DNA from: Neodothiora populina
Taxonomy: Eukaryota
Length of the DNA stretch: 64,000 bases
NCBI RefSeq assembly: GCF_041146345.1
Contig: NW_027191411.1
Location: forward strand, 682,001 to 746,000
Direction: 5' to 3'
How positions within the stretch are numbered: the stretch's first letter is position 1; each line of letters begins with the position of its first letter. A model generated the notes under the pieces. It was given only the letters and a program-made list of their open reading frames with translations, ran no database searches and had not been told where the DNA came from. This document shows positions 13,207-26,949 of the stretch, in pieces. The translations under genes and the position numbers were made by a program.

Positions 13207-14434
13207 ATGGCTTCTCGGAACTCCACGCTTGTCTCGCCTGGTAATGGGATCGTGGGTGGGTACACTGGGGATAACATGAACATTCTGCGCGCCATGATGA
13301 GCTTCACAGCTATAGCATTGTAAGTGATCTTGATTATTACTCTTGTTGATCGACCACTAATACGACCTTGCTCCTCGATGTAGGTACAATTCGGCTGAAA
13401 TCATCATTCTCATATTTTTTGTCTTCAAGAAATACTCGGGCACATATTTCTGGAGTCTTCTCGTCACCGCGTTAGCCATTCCCATCTATATCGTCGGAGC
13501 CTGGGGTAAACTCGTCTCACTCTTCGAGCACGACTTGACTCCTGTCACCATGACGACACTTGGATGGATAGTCATGGTTACAGGTCAATCTTTGGTCCTG
13601 TGGAGTCGACTGCACCTCATTACTCAGAACCAAAAATTGCTGAAGATGATCCTGTATGGCATATTGATCAACACCTCCCTAATGTGTCCTTCTACAGCTG
13701 TGTTGGTTTTCGGGGCGAATTCGTCAAGTTCCATGAAATACGTCCGTGGATATGAAGTCATGGAGCGGATCCAGATGGTGGCCTTCACTGTTCAGGAACT
13801 ACTGATATCTGGGATCTACCTATGGGAGATCAACCGTCTGCTAAAGGTCGTCTACGAAGGGCGCACCCGAAAGATTATGTGGGAGATTGCCGCCGTCAAC
13901 ATCGCGATCATCGTAGCCGACATTGCCTTGGTTAGTGTCGAGTTTGCGGATCTGTATCAGATCCAGATAACACTCAAGGGTATGATCTACTCCATCAAAC
14001 TCAAGCTCGAATTTGGAGTCTTGAGTAAGCTGGTCAAAACCGTCTGTACCCGCAAGGAACTGTCTATCGAAGTCTCGGACGAGTCACAAAACGACAAAGC
14101 CCTCCCTGGACTCGTGCCAACTTTCAGGTCAGCTACATCGATGTCCGCCGGCACTTCACCGACCATGGTCAACAGTAACGCGAGCAGCAGCCAGGGTAAG
14201 CGACGGGATTCGGACTTCAGTAGTGACCTCACTCACATCAGGAGTGTGGGTTCAAGTAGCGGGGATTTTCGTGGTGGCGGTGATGTCACAGCTATGGAGG
14301 TCCTGAAGGACGACTACGCTCATCATCACCATTACCACCCTTCACACTGCCATGCTGAGATGCCGGCTCAGCTGCATAGATGGTCTTCGAGAGCATCAGC
14401 AGACAGTGACTTTTATCCTGGACGACTCGTGTGA
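13207..14434 (+). CDS. Fungal multi-pass integral membrane protein (DUF7703-like)
   Basis: ATG 13207, intron 13320-13383; YNSAEIIILIFFVFKKYSGTYFWSLL, MVTGQSLVLWSRLHL, YSIKLKLEFGVLSKL; Ser-rich cytosolic tail. Confidence 0.8.
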
Positions 14435-15890
14435 GCAGAGGAGCCATTCTTATGACAAAGTTGAGGCTCGTCGCCTCATAACATCATATCCTTCCTCGGG
14501 ACATCCTTTCACACGTTTCCGTGAGATGGCTATGCTAAGCCATCTGAAGCAACGCCATAGCGGACCCATCCATGTCCAGCAGACCACTGAATGGAGGCGA
14601 CCATCCAGTGGCGAATCAAAGGACCTCCTCGCAAGGCCAAGCTAGCGAGTGATCTCAGACTCCGGAAGCAGAGCAGAGCCAATGTTTCGTTGCAAGAGGA
14701 TCACTTTACCAACATCCACCGCCGTCCGTCAAATATGACGAACCCCTATTCCATCAGTCCTATATAACGGCGCCACCGTCGACATACCATATCTGGAAGC
14801 GCCCATGGCAGTGTATACAAGGCTACCGATTGACAGAGAAAGGGACACGCTAGCCACAGCAAAAGCCATTCTCTCCGCCTCTGTGAATCCAAGTAGTGCA
14901 TACATGGCAGGAGGAAAGGATACAGTCAACAAAAAGCTACATTGCAGTTCTCCATCTCCTCGCCAATGCGTGCCATGAGGTATGGCCGCAGAATAACAAT
15001 CTCGACTACAAGCGGCGGGGACCGAACGTCCCAGATCCGCATTGCTTCCCTGTACTCTCCTATTCGAGGCCGTGAAGCAACAGATCGAAGACACTCTTCT
15101 CATTCCCTATTCTATGGTCTCGTCCACTTGGTCTCGTCCATTAGACAAACCTTCACGTCTCTCTAATGCCGACGCCAAACGAAAAGAGGAACGCGGAAGA
15201 AAAGGCGCCGGGAAGACGAAGCCTCGATCAATCCCCGGAGACCAGTGGGTGGTCCTCAAAGGAGCACCAATGACAAAGGTGTAAAAGTGCCGAAACAAGC
15301 ACCTATGGCTCCGATCACAGTGGTGGGCAGTCGGGTCGTACATACAGCCAGCTAGCCAGCCGTAACGACTCGACCACCGAGATTTCACATGTCTTATCTC
15401 ACACACATGTATATATGTCTATCTACGTATATAGCCAGTAATTGAGCAGAAAACAAAACTTGGAACAATAAGGCCTTGATTCGCGATGTGCGTGCTTGGT
15501 TGTGGGTCTGGCTATCTTCTGATCATTTGTTGCTTCGCCTTTGCTATGTTGTTTTTGTGGATCCACCTGTTCCTGCTAGACTCACCTATTCTTCCAGCCT
15601 CGCTTTCCTCTTCAGTCTCATTCTCGCCAACCCTCCAGAACAGAGCAGAGTTGCTATGTACCTGCAGGCTATACGACATGCCCTTTTCATGCGAGGTGCG
15701 ACTCAATCAGTTGGCAAATATATTATGTCTGGCGATCGCAAGACCATTGTTGCCATGTACCCTCTGGAAGTATAACATTTACGATTTCTCAATCAAGAAG
15801 GAGGACTTTGTTTGGTGCCGAGTACTAGCTATCTTATGCCAGCTATCGTTCAACAACAAGTCAAAAAAGAGAGAATTCAGACAGACCGCT

Positions 15891-18800
15891 TTAATCGCCA
15901 GCGGAACTCCCTCCATCAAGCGGAATGCCCAACCCCTCCTTCTTGACCTTCTCCCCCTTCTCAGCACCCCCATCCACTCCTTTCCTCGCGGGCGCGTCTG
16001 GCCTACGGAAAGGATGCGCCTCGGTGTTCAACACCCACTCATCCAGACTCACGACACTTTCCTCCTCGAACAGCAAGTAAAAGTACTTGAGCGTCTCGGC
16101 GATCCAGAAGCTCTCTTCCGAGTCTTCGAGATAGGTGTTCGACGGGTCTTTGGTCACGTCTGCGACGGCCGAGTGGCCGAATTCGGTGGATGTTGTGGCG
16201 TTGATCGCTAGGAACATTTGCCAGCCTACTTCACGCCAGTGGGGGAGCCGGTTATGCGGTGCATGTAGAAGACTGATTCGATGGCTTCGGGACTGGAGTT
16301 TGGGAGTTAGTGGGCTGTGGGATTGAGGAGAGGGGCATACACGGAAATGGAGGGGTGAGAGGAGATGGGATGAGATGGGGCGTGGTCACTTACCGGAGAA
16401 TGTACTTCCGGTTGTTAACGCGCGTGTAGCCGGGCGGTAGTCTCTCGTCTTCGATTCTCTGCTTCGCAAATTCTTCTGTGGTCAGAGGCTCTTTGCTGAC
16501 CACGTCCACAGGCTCTCGCACGGTGCCATCGGGGTAGTTGGATGCTTTCGTGGGGGTCGAAGGGATCTCGTCCAGATCTTCCTTTGCGTTCTTCGAGTCT
16601 TGGTATATCCGAGGATAAGTCTGGCCGGGGCTGGCACCTCCTTGTCTCTTTGTCAAGACAGAATCATCTGGGATTTGTTTTGCGGGCTTGGCCGGTCGCA
16701 ACGGTGAGGTGTCAGACTGCGCCTGATACTCTGGCGTTCCAGGTTTGGGAGCCACAGCTGACGAGGCAGCGGCCACAGGTGAATATGTTTTCTTGCCTGT
16801 TCTAACGAATCCGTGCGGATCAAGTTCTTCCCAGTATTTGGTCTCGCTCCATTCGCAGTCGGTCTTGTCTTTGCAAGGCCAGAGCTGACCAGATTCCGGC
16901 ATGATGCCTGTAGCTGTGACATTGTATGCCCAAACGCAGCCTTCTGTCAACTTTGCGCCAATCTCGACGTCTTCTTTGCGGTTGAAAATCTTGCCGCCCA
17001 TGGCAAACATGGCACCAGCGAAACATGTCAGATGAGCGTGTTCTGGCTTAAGACTTCCCTTGTCACCGTCGGTATCGGGATCTCGGTAGGCAAGAAACTC
17101 CCCACTGATCAAGATGTCGAGGTTGTCAGGGGTCATGGGTCTGTAGAGAAGGTACTCGATGGCCGCGTCCATGGACTTTTCGTACATGGTGCGATACTTG
17201 GGTTCAAGCCCACCCAAAAGGACGTACTCCTTGGGTAAATACTCGTAGGTGCTGTCGGCCATGCCGCCGAGAGTAAAAGTGTCGGAGCCTCGTCGGTTAG
17301 ACGACACCAGACCTTGAGGGATACAGACCTGCTCACCGCTGAGCTTGGGAGCGAAGGGCTTGGTCTGCTCTTGAAAGTCCTGAACTGCTTTTGGTGCAGT
17401 TTTCACGGCTTTCGGGGTTTCCGCAACATCAGCTAATTCGCCACCGAGTTGACGCTTTTGCTGCGTGTGTTTGGGAGCGGCAGTGTTATTATGAATCTCG
17501 TCATAAAGCTCCTGCTTCGCTGCCTTGCTGTCGAGAGTGGTCTCGTCATCCTCGACAGTCTTTTTGGTAGAGCTAAGCTCATGGTCCTCGTCTGTCCAGC
17601 CGGAGATTTTGCCGACTTTACCCACAGGCTGATCAACAGCTGAATCAGAAGCCGAGCGATCACCCGTCTTGCCCAAGACTTGTTTCTTGCCGGCTTTGGT
17701 GTCCAAAGCTCCCTCTTCGATGGGGTCGTCCCATCCAGAAATCTTACCAGCTTTTCCAGGCTGGTTTTGTCCAGCAGATTCTTCATCAGCATCGGACAAG
17801 GGCTTCTTGTCGATCTTCACCGGGTGACTTGCAACTTTGTCGCTGTCCAGAGTGTCCGGGTCCATAGCACCATTGTGGAGATTGGGCCTCGTGTTCTTCA
17901 TAGGCAATTGAGCAGGCTTGTCGCAGCCGCTAGCATCGACATAAGTGGAAAATAGCCCAGGGATCAGCGTGCCGTTGACGGCGTCGTTTTGCCAGACATA
18001 AAAAGCGTCCGAAATTCGGTCGATGGCGTCGTAATACTTGGGTTCTTTCGTCAGCTGTGCCAGTCTGGTGAACTCCATGGAAAGTGAACCGAGCTCGGCC
18101 ATCACGACATGTGTGGCAGCACGGTGAGGCTGCGAGGCGAACGTTGGCATCCAGTGATAATAAGTCACAGGCATACGGTTTGGCGTATCAAAAGCACCCA
18201 TCAGGACTTCAGCCAGCTCCACGGCTTTGTCCAGAAGCGTCGAGTATTTGAAGTCACTCAAATCATAAGCAGAGAGCAGACCGCCAAGATAGCGAATCGT
18301 CGTTTCAAAGAGCGGAATGTCTTTCCTGGGGCTTGTGGTAAAATCGATCTTTCCAACGGCTCTCACAGCTTCCTCGAACTCTTCCTTCAGGCCCATAATC
18401 CACAGTGTGTCCAGCCCATCCACTAAGGTTGCAGCCCAGCCACAGAAGGGATCCTTAAATCCACCAGTGACAGGCTTGACCTCGTCGTGCATAAATGCAT
18501 TGTCTCTGTATCCCTTCCAAGACCTCGCTGCCACTTCCTTGACTGCAGCCAGTTTGGACTTGCGATGGATTCTTTGCTCCTCGGTCTCGGCCTTGAAAGT
18601 ATGCTGAATGCGAGGGATGGCCTTTGGTGTGCCAGTGGGAAGTTGGATGGTCGAAGAAACAGGGAAATGCTCTGGTTGCCTAGACCAGTGGATGGTTGAC
18701 GTGGCGTGCTCCGTGGACTCGAACATGGCATCTCCTTCAGCCTCGTAGCCAAAGGGCACTTCGGGCACGGTTGGGGGATCGCTGGTCACGGCGGGCTTAT

Positions 18801-19236
18801 TCGTCTTCGTGGCAACATTCTTCGTTGCGATGATGTCGCTGAGCACTGCGTCATCGAGCTCGATCTTGCCGGCCTTGAGGTGACCGGCGGGTGTAGCGGC
18901 TGCAGCTGGAGTAGGGGCAGGATGTAATACCGCAGCTGATGTTGTAGAGACAACTTGGTGTTTCGGATCGAAGGGCGGAGGGGTATATTCTGGAGGATAT
19001 GCCAGTTCCTTCTCCTTCTCCTTGTCTTTCCCTGCTTCCTGTCCAGGACCTGCCTGGCCTTGTTGTGTAGACTGTTCATTCGTGGTGGGAGAGTTTCCAG
19101 ACCCGGACTGCCTCAGCGAGCCTGCGCCAATGGCTGATGCCGTGGTCCAACTTCCATAACCCGAGAAATGGTAGAAAATGAGGATGGAAATGACGGCGAA
19201 CGCTATGAACGCCCGATACCGTCGCATTCGAAACAT
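15891..19236 (-). CDS. Glycoside hydrolase family 47 class I alpha-1,2-mannosidase (apparent 1-nt frameshift at 16241-16245)
   Basis: N-terminal TM anchor; [81 protein letters not shown]. Intron 16393-16293. Confidence 0.93.
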
Positions 19237-20591
19237 GCTTTTGGGGGGGCGGGGTGAAAAGATAAGACTGTCAAGTGGTACTCATGCCACCGTACGAGGT
19301 CGGAACGCTGGTGGTAATAACAATACAGCAAATAAGGGAAATAACAACGTGACTTGAGGTTTCAAGGAGGGTCGAGAAACAGAATGACGGGAAATGGACA
19401 AAAAGAACAAGTAAAGTACTCTACTCAGTTATCTTCTACCTCGATACGAATGGAATGACTTGACCCTCATTCATAAAGGAATCAAAGGTAAGGTGGTGAA
19501 TGCAACTTGACAAACTCGTCCACTTCTTTCAATCGCTTTCCCTTCTTGCGGTAGCCACAACCTTGGCGTGTGCCGACCTAAAGCATTCTTGTGATTCTAC
19601 AGTCAAAAGTACCTTACTTGGAACCCAAAAGGGGGGCTTCTCCGCAGTCCCTAGACGCTATAAAGAATGCCAGTGTATCAGATGCGCCGATACTCCTTCA
19701 CAGCCTTGTATCGAACTTTGATCGTGAGAGTTGTAGCCTTCTAGCCAGAAGCCGAAGAAGGTCTAGACATCTCTGATTTCTCCTCGGCAGGCTGTTCTCC
19801 TCCGGACGCTATGGACATGAGACACAATTCTCGTAGTAGAGATTGCATTCTTCCAACCGACTGAAACAGAGAGCGCATTCACAGATCAATACGAGCCGCA
19901 AGCACCGTCATGTGCAGCTGTGCTAAAGGGTCCAGAGGCTTCCCTCGTGGCTTTGACCTGCAGCTGCCCTCAATCAAGTTAGATTACCCGTATGGGTAAA
20001 TACAAGACGGCCACATCTTCCACCACTGTTCTGCTGCTCACAATACTGTATATCTCGACACGTAAATACATATATATAAAAGCACACAATGGTATCTCCG
20101 AGTACAGTAGCTTCTTGAAGCAATTTCGCCCAACCACAGTCTTCATCCGTGTTCACCGTCCCTGAATCAATCTACCGTGCTATCAGATGCTGGGCCCTCG
20201 TGGCACCAAGTTATGCTTTCCCGTTGTCGATACATGCTGGCTATACGCACCAACATGTGAATACCATGACATTCACTTGCAAAGTCACAGGGGAAGTCCA
20301 GGTTCATTGGGATGGATGTTATGCTGCGCACATCGTCATGTCACATGTTCTATAATTCTTTTTTATGTTCCCTCCGCACAGCTGCTGTGCGAGCAGTTCA
20401 ACTACAAGTACAAGCGATGCGATCTGATGCTGGTCCCACTGACAAGAATGGCTCCCCCTGCGCAGGCCTGCCGCCTGCCCGTGACTCCAGCTCGTACTGT
20501 AGCTATCGTCAAGACAACCTAACGTGAGCGAGCCCGTGACTGCGCGCAAGGATCGAATGGAGACATGACCTCATCCGTCATTGCCGTTCTT

Positions 20592-22278
20592 TTACTGCAT
20601 GTCTTCACCACCAGGGCCAGGCGCACGGCCCATCTGTCGTGCCTTCAACATCTCATCGCAAAGCAACAGATTTGATGCAATACCAGTAGACGAGGCGATG
20701 CAGTTGCGAAGGACGCGGAACGAGTCGTAGACACCCTCCTGAGACGGGTCCATGGGCTCGCCAGTGGTCAGGTTAAGACCGACGACGTTACCCTCATTGT
20801 GCTCGTCTTGTAGGGATGCAATGGCATCCTGTACGTCGTGACCAGAGTTGGCAGCAAGTGTTTTGGGAATGACGAGGAGTGCATCGGAGAAAGCGTTGAC
20901 ACCCCACTTGGCCTTGCCCTTTACCGTCTTCCTGAAGGCCTCGCTGTTGAGATGTGAAGCGCAGGCAATCTGGAAGGCACCGGCACCCGGCACAACACTG
21001 CCGTCGACGATCATGTTGTACACACTCCTGAGACCATCGCGCACAGCATCCTTGATCTGGGCAATGGTGTGGCCGTTGGGACCCTTGATGAGCAGGGTGA
21101 CCGACTTGGGGTCCTTGACGTCTTCGATGAAAGTGTACTTCTCCTCGCCGAGTTGGTGCTCGTAGACAGTACCTGCCCAGCCGAGAACATCGGGCGTCAG
21201 GTCGTCGACACTGTTCTGTGCAGTACCGCCGCAGATGAGCTGCAGTCTCTCCATGTTTCTTCTCTTGGCTCTCCTGAGGGCGAAGATGCCGTTCTTGACG
21301 AGGACGTCGAGAGACAGTGGGTCGATACCCTTTTGGTTGATGATGACAAAGCCCTTCTTGGGGTCGTCTCCACACACCTCCTTCTTGAGCTCAACAATCT
21401 TTCTCAGCTTCTCATCGACGAATCTGCGCTCCGACTCGACAAGCTTCTCTCTCTGCTCGGCGCTCGAGTAGTAGAAGCCAGAGTTGATCTCGGACTTTTC
21501 GTATTCCAGCGAAACGTTCAGGGTCAGGATGAAGGCGTTCTCGACACGCTTGGGCATGTCGGGGTGTCTGGCGCCGTGGTCGAGGGCCAGGCCACGAATG
21601 AGCTGAGTGTCAGCAGCTGTGCGGTGCTGCATGGTCATGATCTCGACCATGTGGAGATCAGGCTTCTCGCCAGCCTTGTAGATGGCAAGTACGGAGTCGA
21701 CAATGTCAGGGGTGAGCTGCTCGGCCAGGGTCGCGTTGATCTTGGTAGATAGAGATGTTCGGGCAACGGACAAGAGTAGTTCTCTGTCGACCTCCTTGTC
21801 GACCTTGAATGTGTCGAGGAACTTGAGAGCCTCGGTCTTTGCAACATCGTAGCCATCAGCGATCACTCTGGGGTGGAGGCCCTCCGAGATGTATCTTTCT
21901 GCCTGTTTGAGAAGCTCGCCGACCATGAGCACTACTGAGGTGGTGCCATCTCCAGTGATGTCGTCTTGTGCGGTTGCAGCTCTTGCGATCATGACAGCGG
22001 TAGGGTTTTGTATTTGCATCTCGCGAAGCAGGACGCTTCCATCTTTGGTGAGCTTGATGCCTCCAGCACCGTCGACCAGCATCTTCAGCGTTCCCGACGG
22101 ACCAAGGTTGGAGGCGAGGACATTCTGCAGACCTTCACCGGCGGCGATGTTCACCTTGAGTGCCTCACCTCTTCTCTGTAGCCGGTGAGTCAGTAAGGTG
22201 CTTCTACAACGGTGATATAAAGTGAGTATGGCATACCCTGGACTCCGCCTTTGGATTAAGTAATTGCGCGGCAGACAT
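20592..22278 (-). CDS. CCT6: T-complex protein 1 subunit zeta (CCT/TRiC chaperonin)
   Basis: [14 protein letters not shown] / [10 protein letters not shown] across intron 22236-22176; [37 protein letters not shown]. Confidence 0.96.
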
Positions 22279-22850
22279 GTCGCTTGGATTATCAGGTGTG
22301 TGGTAACCTCAACGATGCTGTTGATATGCGGTTTCCAGGACTCTGAATATATATGAACTGTGGTGAAAGCAATGAGTGGAGAGGTATTGCGGTAATATTA
22401 TGCCACTGTGTTTGCTGCTTCACACTTCTTGCTCCTGCTCCAAAAGTTCACACAGCACTCCCGCTCCCGCAGCTGGATCGCGCTTGCCGAATAAGGTACA
22501 GAGCACAGAACACAGAACGCAGGCAAGGCAAGTGCGCGGTGGGTGCGTCGCCGTGCTTCGGCGACTGCCTCAATTACTGTACTGTACAACGGCACCTGCC
22601 CGCAAAAGTCTCTGGAAAGGCTTGGCGAAGATATTCTCTTGATTTTTGGAGCCAAGACAATTTAGACAATTTCGAAGTCCTGCCGCATATTTTCTGCGAA
22701 GCTCACGAATTGTGAAAGCGAACTGACCACAATCCGCTCTCGTCGCCAGCAGATTCATCCACGACAAGAGGCGCAGTTGCCCGCGACATCCAACCCAGGC
22801 AGTGGCCAGAAGAACTCATCTCTAGCTTGTCAAGCTCATCAAGGCCCGCC

Positions 22851-24585
22851 ATGTCGGTCGACTACCTCCTCCACGAGTCCTCCGTGGGCTATGCGGTTAG
22901 CCATTATCTCTGCATCTGCAGTCGAGACGTCGAGAGAAACATTGTATTGACAGAACCCCCAGATCTACAAGGTCCGCATGCAAGCCGACACTGTCGGTAA
23001 CCGCCTGAAGGAAGTCCAGGAGCAATCCCAGGATCTTGCCAAGTTCGGCAAGATGGTCGAGCTCGTCTCTTTCGCTCCCTTCCAGGGTGCCTCCCAGGCG
23101 CTCGAGAACGCCAACCTTGTCTCCGAGGGTATCGTTTCCGACTACCTCAAGACCGTCCTCGAGGCCAACCTGCCCAAGGCCAGCAAGAAGAGCAAGACCA
23201 CCCTCGGTGTCACCGACAAGAACTTGGCTGGATCCATCAAGGCCGCCTTCCCTTACGTCGAGTGCGAGACCTCTGACACCAGCGAGGTCGTTGGTGACCT
23301 CCTCCGTGGTCTTCGTCTTCACGCCGAGAAGCTCCTCAAGCAACTCCAGACCGGCGATGTCGACCGTGCCCAGCTTGGTCTCGGTCACGCCTACTCCCGC
23401 GCCAAGGTAAAGTTCAGCGTCCAGAAGAACGACAACCACATCATCCAGGCCATTGCCACCATCGACCACCTCGACAAGGCCGTCAACCAGTTCAGCATGC
23501 GTGTCCGCGAATGGTACGGATGGCACTTCCCCGAGCTGGTCAAGATTGTCTCGGACAACTTCCAGTACGCCCAGCTCGCTCTTCACATCAAGGACAAGAA
23601 GGCTCTCTCCGAGGACAGCCTTCACGAGCTTGCCGCCATTGTCGATGACGACGAGGCCGTCGCCAAGGCTATCATCGATGCTGCCAGAGTCTCCATGGGT
23701 CAAGACATCGGCGAAGCTGATATGGAGAACGTCATGGCATTCGCTGAGCGCGTTGTCTCGCTTACCAAGTACCGCAAGAGCGTCGGCAACTACCTAGTCT
23801 CTAAGATGGGCATAGTCGCTCCCAACTTGGCTGCTCTCATCGGCGAGACCGTCGGCGCTCGTCTCATCTCCAAGGCTGGATCTCTTACCAACTTGGCCAA
23901 GTACCCTGCCTCCACCGTGCAGATCCTCGGTGCCGAGAAGGCTCTCTTCCGTGCCCTCAAGACCAAGGGTAACACTCCCAAGTTCGGTATCATCTACCAC
24001 TCTTCCTTCATTGGACGTGCTGGTGCCAAGAACAAGGGTCGTATCTCTCGCTTCCTCGCCAACAAGACCTCTATTGCCTCAAGAATCGACAACTTCTCCG
24101 AGACACCGACCACGAAATTCGGTGAGGCCCTCAAGGCCCAGGTTGAGGAGAGACTCAACTTCTACGCTACCGGCGAGGCTCCCACCAAGAACGAGCAGGC
24201 TATGGTAAGTGCTATCAATTATACAATCATCACAGATCATGGCTAACAAACTGTACAGCAAGCTGCCATGAACTCAGTGTTGGCCGACATCAACGTCGAC
24301 GACCCGACCGCCGGTGCCGCCGAGGACGTCGAGATGGCCGACGGCATCACTAGCGCCGCAACAGAGCAAAAGGTGCGCGAGAAGAAGGCCAAGGAGGAGA
24401 AGAAGAAGGACAAGAAGAAGAGGAAGTCCGACGTCATGGAGGTCGACGACGAGGAGGAGGACAAGTCAGAGAAGAAGGACAAGAAGAAGAAGAGAAAGAG
24501 CGAGGGTGCCGTCGACGCCGAGGACACTCCCAAGAAAGAGAAGAAGGAGAAGAAGGAGAAGAAGTCGCGCAAGAGCATATCTTAA
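22851..24585 (+). CDS. NOP56: Box C/D snoRNP protein Nop56
   Basis: Introns 22896-22962 and 24205-24258; [53 protein letters not shown]-rich tail. Confidence 0.95.
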
Positions 24586-25451
24586 GCGCTTCTCCCTGTA
24601 CGCTTCCTCTGATCTTTCTTCCTGTTCTCAAAAATGTAACACACCTTCTTCTTTTATCTTTGGGAGTCAAGAGGCGTCGATGGCGTTGTTGGCCTGGGTG
24701 GTTCTCACGAGCATATGTGGATGGTCCATTTTTATCTCTTTGCAATGCATCGAAATCAGGCGTGTTGCTATTGCTTGGTATACTTGTAGATGGTCTCTTG
24801 CAGCAGCTTTGCTGGCTATTTGAATATAAAATTGCGTCTTCTTCATACTGCGTTGACCTTTGCTTTCGTAGCTGAATTACGTGCGTTGACGATCATGAAA
24901 CCAAATCTCCCTAACATGTATATTGTCCTTGGAGACCGCGAAACTGTACCTTGTTGTTCCTGCTAAATATCAAACTCACTTTCCAATTCACCCAACGATT
25001 CATCCGCCGAGTGCAAACCCCACCAAGTCCAGAGAAAATAAACGTCCAATTCACTTGGCAATCTATAGAGAGAAAATTTCCGGTGGGCGAAACGCTCGAA
25101 CGTTTTTGACGGGTATCGAAGCCCACCCAGAGCAGAACCAGCCACTGACGCGAAAAAACACGCGAGAACTGCGAGCCGCGCCGAAGCGGCAATTTGGTAG
25201 TCTCTGTCTCCTTTCCCAATAGATGCGGAATCTTTCGCAAAGTGGTTTCAACGAAAAAAAGAACAACCTTAAAAACTTCTGAAAGGAGAGGCGACTTGAA
25301 TTGAGGTGGTTTATATACAGACCGACACTCTTGTTCTTCTTCCCTTTTCCAAATTAAACCTTTTGAAATTACCTCTGGACCTGTTCGCGCGCGTCACTCA
25401 AACTTCGAACATACCTCTACCACTTCGAAATTTTAAATCATAATAATTAAC

Positions 25452-26850
25452 ATGGCCGATACCCACGACTCGAGGAAGCGCAAAGCAGGTGCTTTCGGTG
25501 GCGATGATTCTAGCAAAAGGTCAAAGGTATGCACTTATCAATAATGCAATAGAATATGTACGAAATATGGACCAGGGAAGCTAACTTGAACTAAAGCAGC
25601 AACCGAGGGGCAAGCAAGGAAAGGGTAGCTGGAACAAGAATGCCGAAGCATTCAAGAACCGTTCCATTCAGCCTGGCGACAGTGGTATCTGGGCGACCTG
25701 CGACAAGGGTAGAGAGGGCAAATGCATTGCTGAGTTGAGAGATCTCTTCGGAAGCGTACGTCCACTCTTGACTTCTTCCTGCTTGGCGCATTGCTATACA
25801 AACCTAGATCAGACTGAATCTAACCATTCATAGTACGCTGAAGAGCTCTACTCCGACCAGCTCGCTGCAGAGGCGATGGACGTAGACGATGACATGGAAA
25901 TGGATCTCGAAGCTAGCATCAAGGCCGAGGTCGAGGGGATCAAGAAACCCACCCAAGAGCCCCTTTTCATCCCCATCAAGCTTGACGTACAGTGTGGTAA
26001 GCTTTCACTTCTCTACTTTTTCTCTCATTATACACTCATAACTCATGTCTCGAAAAGGTTACTCATACTACTGGTAGTTCTCTTCTTCAGAACTAGAGCA
26101 CCAATTGAGCCCGTCTCGTTCGTGAGACACATCTGCAGAGATGCACTCAACAACCCTGGCAGAAAGCGAACAAGATTCGCGAAGCGGTTGAGTCCCATGA
26201 CCTTGATGGGAAGAGCATCTGAGGAGGGTCTGGATGAGGTGGCGAAGAAAGTGCTCGCGCCTCATTTCCACAAGGATCCTCCAGAGCACAGAAAGGTAAG
26301 ACCTTTCAAAGATAGTCACAGAGCTCTTGGCTGACCAGACCCGATAGTTTGCCATTCGCCCAACCCTAAGGAATCACAACGTGCTCAAACGTGATGTCAT
26401 CATCCAGAAAGTGGCAGCAATGGTCGGACATGGCCACAAAGTCGATCTTAAGAACTACGATGATCTCATCGTAGTAGAAGCGTACACAGTAAGTCTGGAC
26501 ATTCTCATTGAAACGACAACCATCAAGACTAACGTCCATAGAATGTATGTGGTATGAGTGTCGTTCCCTCCGACTTTGAAGAACTCAAGAGATACAATCT
26601 CGCCGAGATCTTCAGTCCCACGCCAAAGGAGCAGCCGAAAGCGGAGGCTATAAAAGCAGCGCCCGAGGAGACGTCGAATGACGCCAAAGAGGTCGCCGAG
26701 GAGGAGTCTGAGACCAAGCCGGCTGAAGTGGCTGCTCCAGCAGAGGAAACCGCACCCGCAGAACCCGCGAAGACCGAGTCTGCGTCGACTGAAAATGTAC
26801 CTGCTGAGAGCACAGAAGTAGCAGCAGAGGTTGCTGAGGAGAAATCATGA
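25452..26850 (+). CDS. TAN1: THUMP-domain tRNA-modification adaptor (Tan1-like)
   Basis: Six exons; introns 25527-25596/25599, 25756-25833, 25997-26077, 26296-26347, 26489-26541. Motifs GIWATCDKGREGKC, TRFAKRLSPM, FAIRPTLRNH, HKVDLKNYD, CGMSVV, LKRYNL. Confidence 0.85.
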
Positions 26851-26949
26851 TGGCTTGACCAAGTATACTAAAACATCAGTCAAATGACCTAGAACAAAAG
26901 CTCAAATCACACTCTTGCATCCGGGAGCATCTACAAAGCATAACTCGCC

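Noticed and set aside
7394..19236. GH95 and GH47 as a glycan-processing cluster
   Set aside because: Separated by unrelated sequence and probably acting in different compartments; no evidence of co-regulation.
20794..24823. Antisense and alternative-frame ORFs over CCT6 and NOP56 (e.g. 21069-21752, 22897-23703)
   Set aside because: Explained by the strong codon bias of highly expressed genes.
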